The notes: a model not told the origin generated them from the sequence alone. Counted from the stretch's first letter, positions 29,086 to 39,777 are shown. The stretch: DNA of 64,000 bases from a candidate division FCPU426 bacterium (GCA_963719085.1 CAVRAL010000005.1:162442-226441), one strand, 5' to 3'. Made by a program: numbers and translations.

Positions 29086-29101
29086 AGGCACGGCACTTGC
29101 T
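29086..29101 (+). promoter_or_regulatory. Sigma-54 promoter P6
   Basis: AGGCACGGCACTTGCT, close to the consensus. Confidence 0.85.
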
Positions 29102-29150
29102 CTTCATCATCCCAACATTTAAATCCGCGCTTTATTTTGAAAGGTAACTC

Positions 29151-29312
29151 ATGAAATTTTCGGGCTGGTTCATCGGCCAAAAGGGCCAAACAAACCTCGG
29201 CTATATCCTCCTCGGGGTAGCGCTGACCATCGGCGTTATTTTTTTGGTGGAATACATCCACCATGAAAACGGCGATATCGAGATTCACCCGCCGCACGTG
29301 GAAGTGCATTAG
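29151..29312 (+). CDS. Small membrane protein (53 aa) with a class III signal peptide-like N-terminus
   Basis: Not in the ORF track. AAGGT RBS; MKFSGWFIGQKGQTNLGYILLGVALTIGVIFLVEYIHHENGDIEIHPPHVEVH*. Confidence 0.7.
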   Translation: MKFSGWFIGQKGQTNLGYILLGVALTIGVIFLVEYIHHENGDIEIHPPHVEVH

Positions 29313-29363
29313 TCCGATAAACTTTTGCCGGTCTTTTTAAACTACTTGATGGGGGAATGAAAA

Positions 29364-29546
29364 ATGATTACAGGCTTACTGGGTTTACTGATATTTATCG
29401 GCGACATCGTGGCGATCGTCTCCATCCTGCAAAGCAAAGCGGAAACGACGGCCAAACTCTTATGGTGTCTTTTGGTTCTGGCGCTTCCCGTGTTAGGGCT
29501 CATTATTTGGTTTTTGGCCGGCCCGCGGAATGTATCCGCCCGCTGA
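29364..29546 (+). CDS. Stand-alone PLDc N-terminal domain protein
   Basis: DIVAIVSILQS...KLLWCLLVLALPVLGLIIWF. Confidence 0.85.
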   Translation: MITGLLGLLIFIGDIVAIVSILQSKAETTAKLLWCLLVLALPVLGLIIWFLAGPRNVSAR

Positions 29547-29571
29547 GACAAAAACCTTCCAGGAGGCCCAA

Positions 29572-29805
29572 ATGCCTGATTTAAGGGGATCCGATCCCAA
29601 GGATGTTGAATTGGAAAACACCGTTTCCCGCGCGCTCCATGGCTTGGTCTCGGACTGCCATATCAGCGCGTTGGCCGGGCACGTCACGATTTCGGGCAAG
29701 GTGGATGATTTTGGCGCCAAACGGGACATCTATTTGACGGTCCAAAGCGTGGCCGGGGTGAAGACTATTTCGAACCTCATCCGGGTCACTCCCATCGGGG
29801 ATTAA
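29572..29805 (+). CDS. BON domain protein
   Basis: AGGAGG RBS; GHVTISGKV...VAGVKTISNLIRV. Confidence 0.85.
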   Translation: MPDLRGSDPKDVELENTVSRALHGLVSDCHISALAGHVTISGKVDDFGAKRDIYLTVQSVAGVKTISNLIRVTPIGD

Positions 29806-29827
29806 CCGCGTAGGTCCCGCCGATTAA

Positions 29828-30778
29828 TCAAATGGCTTGAGCTTCGCCCGCCCCCACCATTTGTTCCCGTAACTTTTCGATGTCCTTGGTCGGCGCTCCC
29901 CCGAAGAACCGCCCATATTCCCGGCTGAACTGGGAGGCGCTAAGATAGCCCACCTGCCGGCTGGCGATTCCCGCGTCCATCATCGAGGAAAACATCAAAC
30001 GCCTGGCCTCTTGGAGCCTTAAAACTTTCTGGAACTGCAAGGGGCTCATGGCCGTGACCGTCTTGAAATGCGCGTGAAAAGTGGAGGCGCTCATGTTCGC
30101 GAGCTTCGCCAAATTGTCCATTTTAACCGGCTGGGCGAAATTTTCCCGGAGCCAAGCGATCGCCCTTGAAACCCCGTTCAAACCGGAGTCCTTCAGGCCC
30201 AGTTGGGCCACCCGGGGACCCAGCGGGCTCCGGAGCAGGCGGATGAGAATCTCATCCAGGATCAAAGGCGCCAGGAGATCCGCCTCCTCCGGGCGCGGGA
30301 TCAATTCCAATAAACGAACGGCCGCGTTGGTGATTTTGGCGTCGGATCGCCCCACATAGACCGCCCGATTTTCCTTAACGGGCGGCAAACCGTGGGGATA
30401 AATTTTTAAGGTCAGTTCGGCGATCTTACGCGGCTCCAGGTCAATCCGCACGCAGAGAAAGGGTTCAGCGTGGCTGGCCGTCGTCACTTGGGAGGCCAAG
30501 GGCATATCCACCGAATAGACGACCATCTTGGAGGCGTCGTAGTGAAAAACCTCCCGGCCCAGCAAAACGTCTTTGGCGCCTTGCGCCACCACGCACAAAC
30601 CGGCGTGCGCCAGGCCATGCACCAGCTCGGAATTGATCTTGGACCGTCGGATGGTATGGACCCCTGGGATTTTTTGCTCAAAACTTCCGTCATAGGGCGT
30701 ATAGGTCTTGATCAATTCCGCCAACCGGGAAATATCCCCGTTGGCGAGATCCACGTTATTTTTAGCTAAAGCCTTCAT
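29828..30778 (-). CDS. AraC family regulator (AraC_N, YqhC-like)
   Basis: [36 protein letters not shown]. Confidence 0.93.
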   Translation of the reverse strand: MKALAKNNVDLANGDISRLAELIKTYTPYDGSFEQKIPGVHTIRRSKINSELVHGLAHAGLCVVAQGAKDVLLGREVFHYDASKMVVYSVDMPLASQVTTASHAEPFLCVRIDLEPRKIAELTLKIYPHGLPPVKENRAVYVGRSDAKITNAAVRLLELIPRPEEADLLAPLILDEILIRLLRSPLGPRVAQLGLKDSGLNGVSRAIAWLRENFAQPVKMDNLAKLANMSASTFHAHFKTVTAMSPLQFQKVLRLQEARRLMFSSMMDAGIASRQVGYLSASQFSREYGRFFGGAPTKDIEKLREQMVGAGEAQAI

Positions 30779-30851
30779 GACCCCTCCCCTGCCGACTTAA
30801 TTGATTTTATCCCTACTCTTATCGAAAAAGCATCCTTGGTTTCGGAACCGA

Positions 30852-31169
30852 TCATTTCGAAAACAGTTCCTTGGCAACCCCCATGCCGGTCATGGCGCAG
30901 GGCCAACCCGAATAAAAGGCCAAATGGGTGATCACTTCTTTTAATTCCTCGACTTTCACGCCGTTTTCCACGGCCCTGCCCAAATGATGTTTGAGCTGTT
31001 CGGGGCGGTTCAAAGCGACCAGCGCGGCTACCGTGATCAGGCTCCGGTCCCGTTTCGAAAGCTCCGGCCGTTCCCAAACATCGGCAAAAAGCACCTCGTC
31101 CGTCAACTCAACCAGCTTCGGCGCGAAATCCCCGAACATTTTTTGAGCCCCTGTTTGTGCTTTGCTCAT
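30852..31169 (-). CDS. Carboxymuconolactone decarboxylase family protein
   Basis: VWERPELSKRDRSLIT, HLAFYSGWP. Confidence 0.92.
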   Translation of the reverse strand: MSKAQTGAQKMFGDFAPKLVELTDEVLFADVWERPELSKRDRSLITVAALVALNRPEQLKHHLGRAVENGVKVEELKEVITHLAFYSGWPCAMTGMGVAKELFSK

Positions 31170-31212
31170 GCCAACCCTCCTTATTGTTTCCCATGGGACT
31201 GCTTCTTTGAGA

Positions 31213-31641
31213 TCAAACTTTATATTGTTCGTCCGAGACCTTCTCCATCCAATTCACGTTTTTACCATCCAGACTTTCTTGAACCGCCAAATGGGTCAAG
31301 CTTGAATCGGGTGAAGCCCCATGCCAGTGTTTCACTCCGGGCGGAGTCCAGATCACATCGCCTTTTTTAATCCGCTGAACCGGCTTTCCCCATTCCTGGA
31401 CGAATCCTGAACCTTCCTGAACGATTAAAAGCTGTCCTTTCGGGTGGTTATGCCAGGCGGACCGGGCGGAAGGATCAAAGGTGACACAGCCGCAGGTTAC
31501 GCAAGAAGGCTCTTCGCCTTGAATCACTGGCGTGACCCGCACCGTTCCGGTGAAAAACTCCGCCGGACCCGGATTGGAAGGAAGCGTTTGAGGATTTAAA
31601 ACCTTCACGGCTCCATCTTGTGCCATGATTTTTCCTTTCAA
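31213..31641 (-). CDS. Cupin domain protein (hydroxynitrile lyase-like)
   Basis: [29 protein letters not shown]. Confidence 0.9.
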   Translation of the reverse strand: MKGKIMAQDGAVKVLNPQTLPSNPGPAEFFTGTVRVTPVIQGEEPSCVTCGCVTFDPSARSAWHNHPKGQLLIVQEGSGFVQEWGKPVQRIKKGDVIWTPPGVKHWHGASPDSSLTHLAVQESLDGKNVNWMEKVSDEQYKV

Positions 31642-31651
31642 AAATATTTGA

Positions 31652-32293
31652 TTACTTTATCCACTCAAATTTGTAGGCCATTTCGGGCCCTTTTTTGCCG
31701 CCATAGGCGATCTCGGCAACCAGAAGCCCGAAGGGTTCGGTGTAACGGGCGTTCTTTAAAGCTCCCAAATCCACCGGCTCAAAGCCCACATCCTGAATGA
31801 TCCCTGCGGCGATCTTCTTGGCGCCGGCGTCATCCCCGCAGTAAACCAGGCTGGGTTTGGAAACCTTCTTTCGAGCTTCGAAAACCCCAAACAAAACCTC
31901 GCTAGGCACCGTGTTGAAAACCCCCACGATCTTGGATTGGGGAAGTTTTTTAGCCAGTTCTTCCGCGCCCGAAGTGGTGCGGCCCAAAACCAAACCGCTG
32001 TTGGACTCGTCCATGGGCAAGGAACAAGTCAGGATGGTCTTCCCCGAAAGGTCGCCCGCCTGTTTCAGAACGTCGTCCACCCTCGGCCAATTCACGGCCA
32101 AAAGCAGGACGTCCGCCCCCTGAGCCGCCTCGGCGGGGGTGCCCGCCCGGGCTCTGTTCCCCGCTTCTTTGGTAAGCCGCTCCAGTTTGCCTTTGGTCTT
32201 GGCGTAACTGAAAATCACCTCATGCCCCGCCCAAGCGAAGATCGTGCCGAGTTTCGCTCCCATTAATCCTGAACCCAAAATGCCGATTTTCAT
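31652..32293 (-). CDS. NADPH-dependent F420 reductase-family oxidoreductase
   Basis: GILGSGLMG, SGAEELA, FNT, CGDD, GFEPVDLG. Confidence 0.88.
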   Translation of the reverse strand: MKIGILGSGLMGAKLGTIFAWAGHEVIFSYAKTKGKLERLTKEAGNRARAGTPAEAAQGADVLLLAVNWPRVDDVLKQAGDLSGKTILTCSLPMDESNSGLVLGRTTSGAEELAKKLPQSKIVGVFNTVPSEVLFGVFEARKKVSKPSLVYCGDDAGAKKIAAGIIQDVGFEPVDLGALKNARYTEPFGLLVAEIAYGGKKGPEMAYKFEWIK

Positions 32294-32312
32294 AAAAGCC
32301 TTCCTTTTTAAT

Positions 32313-33158
32313 TTAAGAATGCGCCATGGATGACGAGAGATCCGGGTAAGCGTCACTTTGAGCGATAATATCGGCGGCCTTCTGCTTCGCGGAAGCTACC
32401 GAATCCGCACCTGCCATGAAGCGGCGAGGCGGCTTCTCTTCGCTCGCGATCTTGATCAGGGCGTTAGCTAATTTGGCCGGGTCATTGGTCTGCTTGCCGG
32501 CTTGGGTTTTCCACCATCCGAGCAACTGTTCCCGGCGCTCTTTGTAATCCTCGATGGAGCGGGAAGAATAGGTTGTCGATTTATCCGAAAGAAGGTCCGT
32601 ACGGAAGAACCCCGGCTCGACTAGGGTGGCATTGATGCCGAATGGAGCGACTTCTTGCTGCAATGACTCCATCCAGCCCTCCAGGCCGAATTTCGAAGCG
32701 GAATAAGCGGAACCCAACTCAAAGCCGACCAGACCCGCGGTTGACGAAATAGTAATGATGTGACCTGACCGCTGTTTTCGCATAACTGGCAAGATCGCGC
32801 GAGTGACATTCATAGGTCCGATGAGGTTGGTGGTGATCTGTTTCTCCATTTCTGCCGGTGACAACTCCTCAAAGTAACCAGCGAAGAAGTTGCCCGCGTT
32901 ATTGACCAGTACATCAATGTTACCAAACCTGTCGACAGCGGCCTTTGCGGCCGCCTCTGCTTCGCTAAGTTTGGTGACATCCAATTTAACAATTAGTAGG
33001 TCGTCTGACTTGCCGACCGCCTTTTCCACTGCGTTAGTATCCCGGCCGGTGGCAACCACCGCGTGTCCGGCGGCCAGAGCCGCTTTAGCGATATCCACAC
33101 CCATCCCACGGCCAGCCCCGGTGATGAACCAAACTTTTTTATTTTTCATAACATCCAC
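32313..33158 (-). CDS. SDR family oxidoreductase
   Basis: TGAGRGMG, NNAG, YSASK. Confidence 0.93.
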   Translation of the reverse strand: MDVMKNKKVWFITGAGRGMGVDIAKAALAAGHAVVATGRDTNAVEKAVGKSDDLLIVKLDVTKLSEAEAAAKAAVDRFGNIDVLVNNAGNFFAGYFEELSPAEMEKQITTNLIGPMNVTRAILPVMRKQRSGHIITISSTAGLVGFELGSAYSASKFGLEGWMESLQQEVAPFGINATLVEPGFFRTDLLSDKSTTYSSRSIEDYKERREQLLGWWKTQAGKQTNDPAKLANALIKIASEEKPPRRFMAGADSVASAKQKAADIIAQSDAYPDLSSSMAHS

Positions 33159-33198
33159 TTCCTTTCCATTTGTCCCGCCTTTTACTCGAACCGTCCGC

Positions 33199-34318
<1,120 letters not shown>

Positions 34319-34455
34319 ATAAAGGCCTTAATAGACCTAAAACTGGGTTTTGGAAGCTCGGTGGGCACGAACCAAATAAAAAACCCGGATCCTTTGAAAG
34401 AATCTGGGTTCACTTTGGCATCTCCCGGTTAAAACCCTCATCAAGCGAAAGGTCC

Positions 34456-35025
34456 CTAGGTGCCCCTTTTCTTGGTCTGTCGCTTACGCAGCGCCTGGCG
34501 CGTGCGCACGATCGCGAACCACAAAATGAGCTCCCAGGCGCTATAAATGCTGTTCAACAGGATGATGAGGGTCAAGACCGCGAGCACGCCGAACGGCGTT
34601 TGTCCCATCCAAAAATAGACGCCGCAGCCCGTAAAGCCAAGATACACCGCCAGCGGCACGATGAAACCGGTCAACCAATCCGCCATCTCCATATCGTTGA
34701 ATTGGCGTTGGGCCCTGCTCAAACCCCGGTAGACCCCGGCGAGCACAATCAAACTCAATAGGCCCACACCCGTCAAAAGACCGCCGAAAAGGGCGGTCTC
34801 CATCCCGGGCATGAGCGCGATCCCCGCGATCACGAGCACCTGGACGAAATGGATGATAGTCGGGTCAAGGAAAGCGCGCGCCATCGGCATGTTCTTTTCG
34901 TCGATGAGGTGCGCGCCGAAGGTCACAGCCACAAACATGAGGCCGATCAGCGTGAAAGCGCCCGTACCCACGAGCAGGTAGAAATCGTGCCAGGACGTGA
35001 GGATCGCTTCAAAAGAAGGGGTCAT
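34456..35025 (-). CDS. Conserved multi-TM hypothetical protein
   Basis: WHDFYLLVG...LIGLMFVA; five or six TM helices. Confidence 0.7.
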   Translation of the reverse strand: MTPSFEAILTSWHDFYLLVGTGAFTLIGLMFVAVTFGAHLIDEKNMPMARAFLDPTIIHFVQVLVIAGIALMPGMETALFGGLLTGVGLLSLIVLAGVYRGLSRAQRQFNDMEMADWLTGFIVPLAVYLGFTGCGVYFWMGQTPFGVLAVLTLIILLNSIYSAWELILWFAIVRTRQALRKRQTKKRGT

Positions 35026-35223
35026 GGGGTCTCCTATTCGGATGCCGTCGCCGGATGCGGAATATTGGTTTGTTCCAACCGAGCGATAAAATGAAACAAA
35101 GGGGTCGGCCCACATTTTACACTATAGACCGGCGTCAAGTAACTTCACCTTCCCCTTACCCGTATTCTTCGCGGTGGAGTCTTTTAATTTACCCGGCATT
35201 CCTTCAATCCTGGAGGCCACTTG

Positions 35224-35868
35224 ATGAAAAATCGTTTGCTATTGGTTTCGATGATTCTATTCACCATTGGAGTCCGCAATGTCCAAATCACCCTGGCCGA
35301 TACTTTGAAACCCATATACGGCAGTCCCGAAGCCGTCCAACCCTTGACGAAGGGTCAGAGCGTCCCCGATGGGGAGCTGGTAACCCTGGAAAACAAAAAG
35401 GTTTCCCTGAAAACCCTGGTTTCCCAAAAACCAACCGTCCTCATCTTTTACCGGGGCGGCTGGTGTCCCTTCTGCAACATCCAAATGGGCCAACTAGTGA
35501 AGATAGAACCCGACTTGGACAAACTGGGCTACCAAGTGTTAGCCATTACCCCAGATAAACCTGAAAGCCTGAAGGCAAGCCTGAACAAGCATCAGATCAA
35601 CTATACCCTCTTGTCCGACCGGACAATGAAGCTAGTCCAAGCCTTCGGGCTCGTCTACAAGCTGGATTCTACGACTCTGGAAAAGATGAAGGGCTTCGGG
35701 GTTGACCTGGATGGAGCCACGGGCAATTCATTGCATGAACTGCCGGTACCGGCGGCCTATGTGCTGGACACGAAGGGAATAATCCATTTTGTTTACTACA
35801 ACGCCGACATCAAGGTTCGGGTGAACCCTGATGACTTAATGACCGCCGCAAAAGAGGCCTTGAAATGA
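35224..35868 (+). CDS. Exported peroxiredoxin-like (AhpC/TSA) protein
   Basis: FYRGGWCPFC, LPVPA; GGAGG RBS. Confidence 0.9.
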   Translation: MKNRLLLVSMILFTIGVRNVQITLADTLKPIYGSPEAVQPLTKGQSVPDGELVTLENKKVSLKTLVSQKPTVLIFYRGGWCPFCNIQMGQLVKIEPDLDKLGYQVLAITPDKPESLKASLNKHQINYTLLSDRTMKLVQAFGLVYKLDSTTLEKMKGFGVDLDGATGNSLHELPVPAAYVLDTKGIIHFVYYNADIKVRVNPDDLMTAAKEALK

Positions 35869-36212
35869 AAATAATTAACCCAAGGGTTCATGGGATTTTA
35901 GATTACGTTGTGGTGGTGGGGCTTCTCGCGGCGCCTACTCTTTTGGGTTTGGCGGGATCACCCGCCGTCATCGCTTATCTCTTGGCAGGGGTTCATTTGA
36001 CCCTTACTCTCCTCACCGCCTTTCCCATGGGTGCCCTGAAAGCGATTCCGTTTAAGATTCACGGTCTCATTGAGATGATCGTCGGCCCCTGCTTGGTCGC
36101 GTCGCCCTTTGTCTTGGGCTTCAGCGCCTTGCCCATGGCGAAGGATTTTTACGTGATTTGCGGCGCCATGATCTTTTTAGTCTGGGTTTTGACTGATTAC
36201 AAGAATTCGTGA
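35865..36212 (+). CDS. SPW-repeat-like small membrane protein
   Basis: HGILDY...HGLIE repeats, ends LTDY. Confidence 0.75.
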   Translation: MKIINPRVHGILDYVVVVGLLAAPTLLGLAGSPAVIAYLLAGVHLTLTLLTAFPMGALKAIPFKIHGLIEMIVGPCLVASPFVLGFSALPMAKDFYVICGAMIFLVWVLTDYKNS

Positions 36213-36287
36213 AATCAAAATAAAAAGATTTCTTTTCAACCTCGAATGAACGCGAAACAAAGGGGCCTATATTTTACACTTTAAAAT

Positions 36288-36320
36288 AAAAAAACCCCGA
36301 CTCTCTGGAAGAGTCGGGGC
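36288..36320 (-). terminator. Rho-independent terminator after tRNA-Glu
   Basis: CCCCGACTCT / AGAGTCGGGG stem followed by a U-tract on the minus strand. Confidence 0.8.
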
Positions 36321-36327
36321 GCGTTTA

Positions 36328-36402
36328 TGGTAGCCCCACGGGGAATCGAACCCCGATTTAATGGCTGAGAACCATCCGTCCTAACCGTTAGACGATGAGG
36401 CC
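36328..36402 (-). tRNA. tRNA-Glu (CTC)
   Basis: GGCCTCATCGTCTAACGGTTAGGACGGATGGTTCTCAGCCATTAAATCGGGGTTCGATTCCCCGTGGGGCTACCA. Confidence 0.96.
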
Positions 36403-36511
36403 GCTACCATCCATAAGTTTTGAGTTCTTAGTTTTAAGTTTGAAGTTAAAACCAAGACCTTTGAAGAGGGGTAATCTTAAATCGAAAAGCCCCAAAAACG
36501 AAGAGAAAACG

Positions 36512-37981
36512 TCAAGGTTTAGCCGTGTTTAACGGCCCAAATATATCCTTCACCGTGACCACGTTCCCAAAGCCTTCCAAATCCTTTTCCAAGGCCGCCG
36601 GGCCGCAAACCACTAAGACCCAATCGGACTGGCTCAAAATAAGTTGAGCCGCCTGGGCCGCTTGATCCCGGGTGACCGCTTGGATCTGATCCCGGTAAGT
36701 GGCCAGATAATCATCCGGATAACCGTGGAAATCCAGCGACGCCTTGTAGGCATCCAAAGTAAAGGGCGACTCAAAGTTATAGGCGAATTCCTCGATCATC
36801 GATTTCTTGGCGGAGTCCACCTCGGCCTGGGTCGGGCCGGTCTTGGCGAAATCGGAAATCATTTGGAAGGACAGGGTTAAAAATTCCTTCACCGCGTCGG
36901 GCCGGGTTCCCCCCACCAGCTCAAAAGGCCCCCGGACATCCTTGGGTTGGAAAAAGGTTTCCACGAAATAAGCCAAGCCCCGGTCGGAGCGGATATGTTC
37001 CATCAAACGCGAGGCGAATCCGGAGCCGCCCAAAACATAATTGGCCACCTGTAAGGGGAGGTCATTCGGGTCATGCCGTTTCAGCCCCAAATAGCCCAAG
37101 CGAATAAAAACCTGGCTGACCTCTTTGGGATAAAAATAAATCGTGGGGCCCAGAGGCTTCGGATCCGCGTAAGTGGCGGGGGCCGCTTGCGCGGGCCAAG
37201 AGGCGAACAAGCTCTCCAATTGCGCCGTAACCTTGGCTTCGTCCACGTCACCGGCGATCGCCAGCACGGCGCCCTTAGGTCCGTAATTTTTCTGATAAAA
37301 CTTCAGCACGTCATCCCGGGTCAATTTCGCCACCGTGTCCGGCGTTGAAACGCGGCCATAGGGGTGGTCGCCGTAAAGGGCCCGGTAAAAGAGGGTCCGG
37401 GTCAAATCATCCGGCGTGTCCTGGGACCTTTCCAATCCGTCGATCATTTGGGCCTTATCGGTTTCCAACCGCTTGGCGTCCAACCCCGGGCGGCGCACCA
37501 TATCGGCGAAAAGTCCCAACACGTTTGGAAGATCCGCGGACAGACAGCTAAAACCGGCGGTAAAGTTTTCGGTGTCATCCCCCGCGGTCATGGAAGCGGC
37601 CCGGTTTTCCAGGGCCTCGTCAAAAGCCTCCGGCGATAAGGAGCCCGCTCCGCCGTCCCTCAATAACGAGGACAGAAGCCCCGAGACGCCTTCTTTTCCC
37701 ACGGGTTCGCCGGCGCTTCCGCCGGGAATCAGCAAGTCACCCGAAACCAGGGGCAAACTGGCATCTTGCAAATAAATCACCTTCAGTCCGCAGGATAAAG
37801 TCGTCACATCAAAGGTGGGAACCTGAATGTCCAGCGGCTTCGCCTCGGGAACCAACGGCGGATTAGCATAAGCCGCCGCGAAGAGAAAATAAAAAACGAT
37901 CGCGGCAGTTTTAAACTTTAAGTTTTGAGTTTTAAGTTTTTGAAGACTTAGAACTAAAAACTTCGAACTTAGAACTTTCAT
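36512..37981 (-). CDS. M16B peptidase, non-catalytic subunit
   Basis: No HxxEH; LGGSGFASRL...IRSDRGLAY (R/Y pair). Confidence 0.88.
   Translation of the reverse strand: MKVLSSKFLVLSLQKLKTQNLKFKTAAIVFYFLFAAAYANPPLVPEAKPLDIQVPTFDVTTLSCGLKVIYLQDASLPLVSGDLLIPGGSAGEPVGKEGVSGLLSSLLRDGGAGSLSPEAFDEALENRAASMTAGDDTENFTAGFSCLSADLPNVLGLFADMVRRPGLDAKRLETDKAQMIDGLERSQDTPDDLTRTLFYRALYGDHPYGRVSTPDTVAKLTRDDVLKFYQKNYGPKGAVLAIAGDVDEAKVTAQLESLFASWPAQAAPATYADPKPLGPTIYFYPKEVSQVFIRLGYLGLKRHDPNDLPLQVANYVLGGSGFASRLMEHIRSDRGLAYFVETFFQPKDVRGPFELVGGTRPDAVKEFLTLSFQMISDFAKTGPTQAEVDSAKKSMIEEFAYNFESPFTLDAYKASLDFHGYPDDYLATYRDQIQAVTRDQAAQAAQLILSQSDWVLVVCGPAALEKDLEGFGNVVTVKDIFGPLNTAKP
37907..37976. repeat. 7-bp-periodic imperfect palindrome (AGTTTTR units) inside the 5' end of the M16 subunit gene
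   Basis: AGTTTTAAACTTTAAGTTTTGAGTTTTAAG...CTTAGAACTAAAAACTTCGAACTTAGAACT; a related half-array lies at 36415-36448. Confidence 0.7.
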
Positions 37982-39471
37982 GGTTTCCCCCTGTCCAAAT
38001 AAGCGATGGTTCGGTTGGTATCCAGCAGATAGGTTTGGGCGACTTTTTGGATGTCCTCAGGAGTCAATGCCCGAACCATCTCCAGATATTTCGACAGATA
38101 AGACCAATCCCCATGGACCGCCTGGTTATACGCCAAATCCTCGGCCAACCCCATGGTGGAAGTCTTGCCCCACAAATATTCGGATTCGGCGCTGCGCTTC
38201 GCCCGGTCCAATTCTTCCTGCGTCACTCCGGTCGTTTTGAGTTCGGTCAAGTCCGCGTCAATCGCTTGGGTGACCTGCTCGGAGGAAAAAGGCGGAGCCG
38301 GCTCAAACTCCAGGACCAAAAGGTCCGGGTCCCGGTCTCCCGGAAAGCCCGTCGAGGCGCTGACCGAATGCGCCATCTTTTTGGTGAAAATAAGGTCCTT
38401 CACCAACCGGGAAGTGTTACCCGAGGTCAGGATCGTGCAAAGCACGTCGAGCGCCACCGAATCCGGTTTGGGGAAATTGGGCTTGTGCCAGGCCATCATG
38501 GCCATTGGATCCGCGTCAAAGGTAGTGCGGACGATCCGCTCCCCATCCTGCGGCGGCTCTTTTGTCCAATCTTTCTTTAAAGGCGGGATCGGCGGATTGG
38601 GCACGGTTCCCAAGGTGCTTTCTAAAATCGGAATAACTTCCGAAGCCTTTACCCCTCCGACCACGGCCAACACGCCCTTATCCGGCCGGTAGGTTTGCTT
38701 GTAAAAATTCTCAGCATCAGGCCGGAGCAATTTTTGAATGTCGCTCATCCAGCCGATGGCCGGATCCCGGTAAGGGGCCGCGGAGTAGGCGGTGGACTCC
38801 AGGATCTCATTCAGTTTGCCCTCGGGGCTGGACTCGGTCCGCCAACGCCGCTCTTGGGCCACCACATCCCGCTCGGTGTAAAACTCCCGGAAAACCGGAT
38901 GGCTGATGCGGTCCTTTTCGATGGTGGCGTAAAGCAAAACCTTATTGGCCGGAAGCGTCACCGTGTAAGCCGTCGCATCCTGGCTGGTCCAAGCGTTTAA
39001 GCTTTGGCCGCCGTTGAGCGTATAGATATTGGAAAGTTCGTTGTTGATTCCAATTTGGTGCTGCTCATTTTGCAGTTTCAGCATTTGCTCGGCCAGGGCT
39101 TTTAATTTGTCTTGGGAAGGCTCCGGCCTGGCCCGCTCGTCGTTTTCCGCCGCGGCGATCTTGTCCATCGCGTCCAGGATCGGTTTTTCCTTGGCGTAGG
39201 ATTTGGTCCCGATGGTTTCGGTTCCCTTAAACATCATGTGTTCCAACATATGGGGCAGGCCCGTCTTACCCTTGGGGGCGTCCTGGGCGCCGACCGGCTG
39301 CATAAAGGCGAAAGAAACCACCGGGACGCCGGGGCGTTCCAACACTAAGACCGTGAGGCCGTTTTTGAGGACCTTTTCGACCACCGGCAGATTAAAGGAA
39401 GACGAGTCAGTTTGCGCTGAAACGACAGCGGGTAAAAGGAACAAACAAAGACCAAAGATCTTCAATTTCAT
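37978..39471 (-). CDS. M16B zinc peptidase, catalytic subunit
   Basis: HMLEHMMFKGT, NAWTS, ERDVVAQERR; signal peptide. Confidence 0.93.
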   Translation of the reverse strand: MKLKIFGLCLFLLPAVVSAQTDSSSFNLPVVEKVLKNGLTVLVLERPGVPVVSFAFMQPVGAQDAPKGKTGLPHMLEHMMFKGTETIGTKSYAKEKPILDAMDKIAAAENDERARPEPSQDKLKALAEQMLKLQNEQHQIGINNELSNIYTLNGGQSLNAWTSQDATAYTVTLPANKVLLYATIEKDRISHPVFREFYTERDVVAQERRWRTESSPEGKLNEILESTAYSAAPYRDPAIGWMSDIQKLLRPDAENFYKQTYRPDKGVLAVVGGVKASEVIPILESTLGTVPNPPIPPLKKDWTKEPPQDGERIVRTTFDADPMAMMAWHKPNFPKPDSVALDVLCTILTSGNTSRLVKDLIFTKKMAHSVSASTGFPGDRDPDLLVLEFEPAPPFSSEQVTQAIDADLTELKTTGVTQEELDRAKRSAESEYLWGKTSTMGLAEDLAYNQAVHGDWSYLSKYLEMVRALTPEDIQKVAQTYLLDTNRTIAYLDRGKP

Positions 39472-39777
39472 GGGTTTCTCCCGGAGTTTGGAGCCTTGGG
39501 CAACCCAAGGACTCTATTGACCCGGCTTCGCAGCGCTACGCCGGGCATCCTTACATTTCAGCTGGCGACATCCGACGTAGCTTTTCCCAACAATTTCTTC
39601 AAGATCGGTTGGGTACCAGCGAAGACGGATAAGACAGATAGGCCGGTCAAAAGTTTAACCGTGAAGAGCAAAAAAAGGTAGGGGCAAGCCTCGCCAAATT
39701 GGGAAAAAAACCAACAAAAAGGCCCCTCTCCATTTGATCGTGGGAAGGGGCTTTCAAGTTATCGGCTAGACAAAAAC

